This document shows positions 61,557 to 64,000 of a stretch of DNA of 64,000 bases, one piece after another. Location of the stretch: positions 1,376,001 through 1,440,000 of the forward strand of contig CAUVXB020000001.1 in assembly GCA_963555825.3 (NCBI GenBank), written 5' to 3'. The notes beneath the pieces are model-generated. The model had not been told where the DNA came from and ran no database searches. It saw only the letters and a program-made list of their open reading frames with translations. Both the position numbers and the translations under genes were made by a program. Each line of letters begins with the position of its first letter. Positions within the stretch are counted from its first letter, which is position 1. The stretch is from Alphaproteobacteria bacterium. GTDB lineage: Bacteria > Pseudomonadota > Alphaproteobacteria > JAAXGF01.

Positions 61557-62135
61557 CAGCCCGCGACTGCGGGCCGCCGACCGTTCGGCGGAAGCATGCG
61601 CGGCGATTGAGCGCAGGTCGCCTTTGCGCAGCAAAGATGACCGCACAAAAAACGAGACGCCGGCAACCGCCTGAATTCATACGCAAAACGCATTGCTGGT
61701 CAGTGAAATTTGCATGACACGCCGGCGCGGATGATGCCCATATTGATTGCGGGTCCAATGATGGACGGCTGTCGGTATGGAGTTTCGTAAAATGGTTGGT
61801 AAATGCGTGCGCCGCGCGTTGGTCGGTCTGTTCGGCGCGCCCCATTGTGGCGCCTGTGATTCACATCTTGCAGGCGGCCCGTCGCGTTGCGGGCTGGCCT
61901 CGTCCGAGCGCAAGCGTATGTACGTTTCGGGCGAGCCGTGGCCGTGTCAGACGACGTCGCCGTCCGATTCGCGCTGAGCTTCGTCTGATATTTTCGGCGA
62001 TTCGCCCGGCCGGGCACAAATAGGGCCCCGCGCATCGTGGGGTGGGGAGTACGCGGGGCCCCGGTAGTTGCACCAGAACTCTGGCGTTACCTATCATTTG
62101 GGGCCTCGGCCACGGCGGTCAAGGGTCCGACCGGT

Positions 62136-63572
62136 CTAACCCGGTTCACGGCTGCGTGAGATCGACCGCGCGGTCGCCTGTATGCGTTGCCAGGCATCGT
62201 CGACGTGGCGCTGCTCGGTCGAGGTCTGGCCGACGCAGAAGCGGATCGCGTAGGCGCCGTCGACGCGCGTGTGGGTAACGTAGAGCGCGCCGGACGCGTT
62301 GAGCTCGGCGAGCAGGCGCTCGTTGATGGCGTCGACGGCCGCCGTGTCATCGACGCCGGCGGGACGATAGCGGAAGCAGAACAGGCTGAGCCGGCAGGGC
62401 GTCAGGACTTCGAAGTCCTCGGTCGCGGCGACCTCGCGGGCCAGCCCCTGCGCCATCTCGATGTGATGGCGGATGCGCGCCTGCAGACCCTCGACGCCGT
62501 AGGCGCGGATCACGAACCACAGTTTGAGCGCGCGGAAGCGGCGGCCGAGCGGCACGCCCCAGTCGCGGTAGTTGCGCACCCGCCCGTCGGCCGCCGTCTT
62601 GAGATATTCCGGCAGGATCTCGAATGAGCGCAGCAGGGCGTCGACGTCGCGCACGAAATAGCCCGTGCAGTCGAAGTTGGTGAACAGCCACTTGTGCGGG
62701 TTGAAGACGAAGCTGTCGACGAACTCGATGCCGTCGAGCATCCAGCGCTGTTCGGGCAGGACGAGCGCGCTGCCCGCCCAGGCGGCGTCGACGTGCAGCC
62801 AGATGCCGTGGCGCCGGCAGATCTCGCCGATCGCGCGCAAGGGATCGAAGCCCGAGACGCCGGTACTGCCCAGGGTGGCGACGACGCAGCACGGCTTGCG
62901 GCCGGCGTCGATGTCCTCGCGGATCAGTGTTTCGAGCGCCTCGGGCCGCATGGCGAAGTCGTCGTCGAGCGGCACCTTGCGCAAATTCGCGCGGCCCAGG
63001 CCGGCGATGCGCGCGTCCTTCTCGACCGAGGAATGCGCCTCGGCCGCGCAATAGACGGTCAAGTCGCCCTCCCCGCCGAGGCCTGTCTCGTTGGCGCGGT
63101 CGTTGGTCGCCCGTTCGCGCGCGCCGATCAGCGCGCTGAGCGTCGCGGTCGAGGCGGTGTCCTGGATCACCCCGGTGAACGCGTCGGGCAGGCCGAGCAT
63201 GGCGCGCAGCCAGTCCATCACGCGGCTCTCCAGCTCGGTCGCGGCCGGCGAGGTCTCCCAGCTCATGCACTGGGCGCCGAGTGTCGCGGTCAGCATCTCG
63301 GCGAGCACCGAGGGCGGGCTCGAATTGGCCGGGAAATAGGCGAAGAACGCCGGGTGCTGCCAATGGGTCATGCCGGGCAGGACGATCGATCGGAAGTCGT
63401 CGAAGATCGCGTCCATCGCCTCGCCCGCCGCGGGCGGCGCGGCGGCTAGCCGCGCGGCGATGTCGCCCGGCGCGACCTGGGCGCGCACCGGGTAGTCTTC
63501 GACGTCGGCGAGGTAATCGGCCATCCAGTCGACGGCGTCGTGCGCGTGGGCGCGGAACTCTTCTGGGCTCAC
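62136..63572 (-). CDS. PLP-dependent aromatic-L-amino-acid decarboxylase family
   Basis: THWQHP.FFAYFP, SPAATELE, HVDAAWAG, FNPHKW and LGRRFRALKLW motifs. Confidence 0.92.
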   Translation of the reverse strand: MSPEEFRAHAHDAVDWMADYLADVEDYPVRAQVAPGDIAARLAAAPPAAGEAMDAIFDDFRSIVLPGMTHWQHPAFFAYFPANSSPPSVLAEMLTATLGAQCMSWETSPAATELESRVMDWLRAMLGLPDAFTGVIQDTASTATLSALIGARERATNDRANETGLGGEGDLTVYCAAEAHSSVEKDARIAGLGRANLRKVPLDDDFAMRPEALETLIREDIDAGRKPCCVVATLGSTGVSGFDPLRAIGEICRRHGIWLHVDAAWAGSALVLPEQRWMLDGIEFVDSFVFNPHKWLFTNFDCTGYFVRDVDALLRSFEILPEYLKTAADGRVRNYRDWGVPLGRRFRALKLWFVIRAYGVEGLQARIRHHIEMAQGLAREVAATEDFEVLTPCRLSLFCFRYRPAGVDDTAAVDAINERLLAELNASGALYVTHTRVDGAYAIRFCVGQTSTEQRHVDDAWQRIQATARSISRSREPG

Positions 63573-63683
63573 GGTTGATCTCCCCTGGTTCGGCGCCGCG
63601 TGGCGCTGCGCGCCGGGCGCCTGTATTGTATAGTGACAGGGCGCGGCGCGCGCCGCGCGAAATTTTGCGCAGGTACCCGTTCC

Positions 63684-64000
63684 GTGGTCCATCGACTCGT
63701 TTCGATCTTGTGTCTGACCTTCGCCGTCCTCGGACTCGACCCGGGCGTCGTGGTCGACGAGGCGCGCGCGGCCGAGGAAAGCTCGGCCGGCAAGCTCCTG
63801 GTCGCGACGCCCGAGATGGGCGATCCGCGGTTCGCCGAGACGGTGATCTACATGGTAGCCCATGATGCCAAGGGCGCGATGGGCCTGATCGTCAATCGGC
63901 CGATCGGCAACATCGGCTACGCCGAGTTATTCGCCGGGCTCGGAATCGAGCCGGTCGAGATCGACGGCGCGACCGATCTTCATTACGGCGGCCCGGTCGA
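63684..64000 (+). CDS. YqgE/AlgH-family protein (partial, N-terminal signal-like segment)
   Basis: Manual translation GKLLVATPEMGDPRFAETVIYMVAHDAKGAMGLIVNRP...HYGGPV. Confidence 0.85.
   Translation, partial: MVHRLVSILCLTFAVLGLDPGVVVDEARAAEESSAGKLLVATPEMGDPRFAETVIYMVAHDAKGAMGLIVNRPIGNIGYAELFAGLGIEPVEIDGATDLHYGGPV

Noticed and set aside
1-64000. CRISPR array, tRNA, rRNA or prophage
   Set aside because: No regularly spaced repeats with unique spacers, and no recognisable structural RNA genes or phage genes were seen by eye.

Overview
GC-rich alphaproteobacterial chromosome segment (Rhodospirillales-like, inferred from gene content) with a heavy recent insertion-sequence load. Thirteen IS copies from eight families (IS630 x4 including a perfect head-to-tail triplet, IS256, IS5, IS1380 x2, IS1202/ISNCY, IS21, ISKra4/ISLre2-like x2, IS3) cover about 18 kb and break at least six genes. 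Intact backbone: acyl-CoA dehydrogenase, SulP/BicA transporter, a hopanoid cluster (fused hpnC-hpnD, nucleotidyltransferase, dxs, shc, hpnG, no hpnE), a polar amino-acid ABC transporter with FAD oxidoreductase, a GMC oxidoreductase cluster, MlrC/RraA/TPP enzymes, threonine synthase, an orphan MT-A70 methyltransferase, GlxA/GcvT genes, tandem cNMP/Crp genes, CoA transferases, an amidinotransferase and a PLP decarboxylase. The most striking unexplained signal is a family of ~260-285 bp non-coding elements (54842-55387, 54920-55180, 58222-58489, plus a collapsed 51-bp form at 37205-37255). They share a branched fold with compensatory base changes but have unrelated terminal inverted repeats, and one copy is nested in a hairpin loop of another. 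No rRNA, tRNA or CRISPR array was seen.
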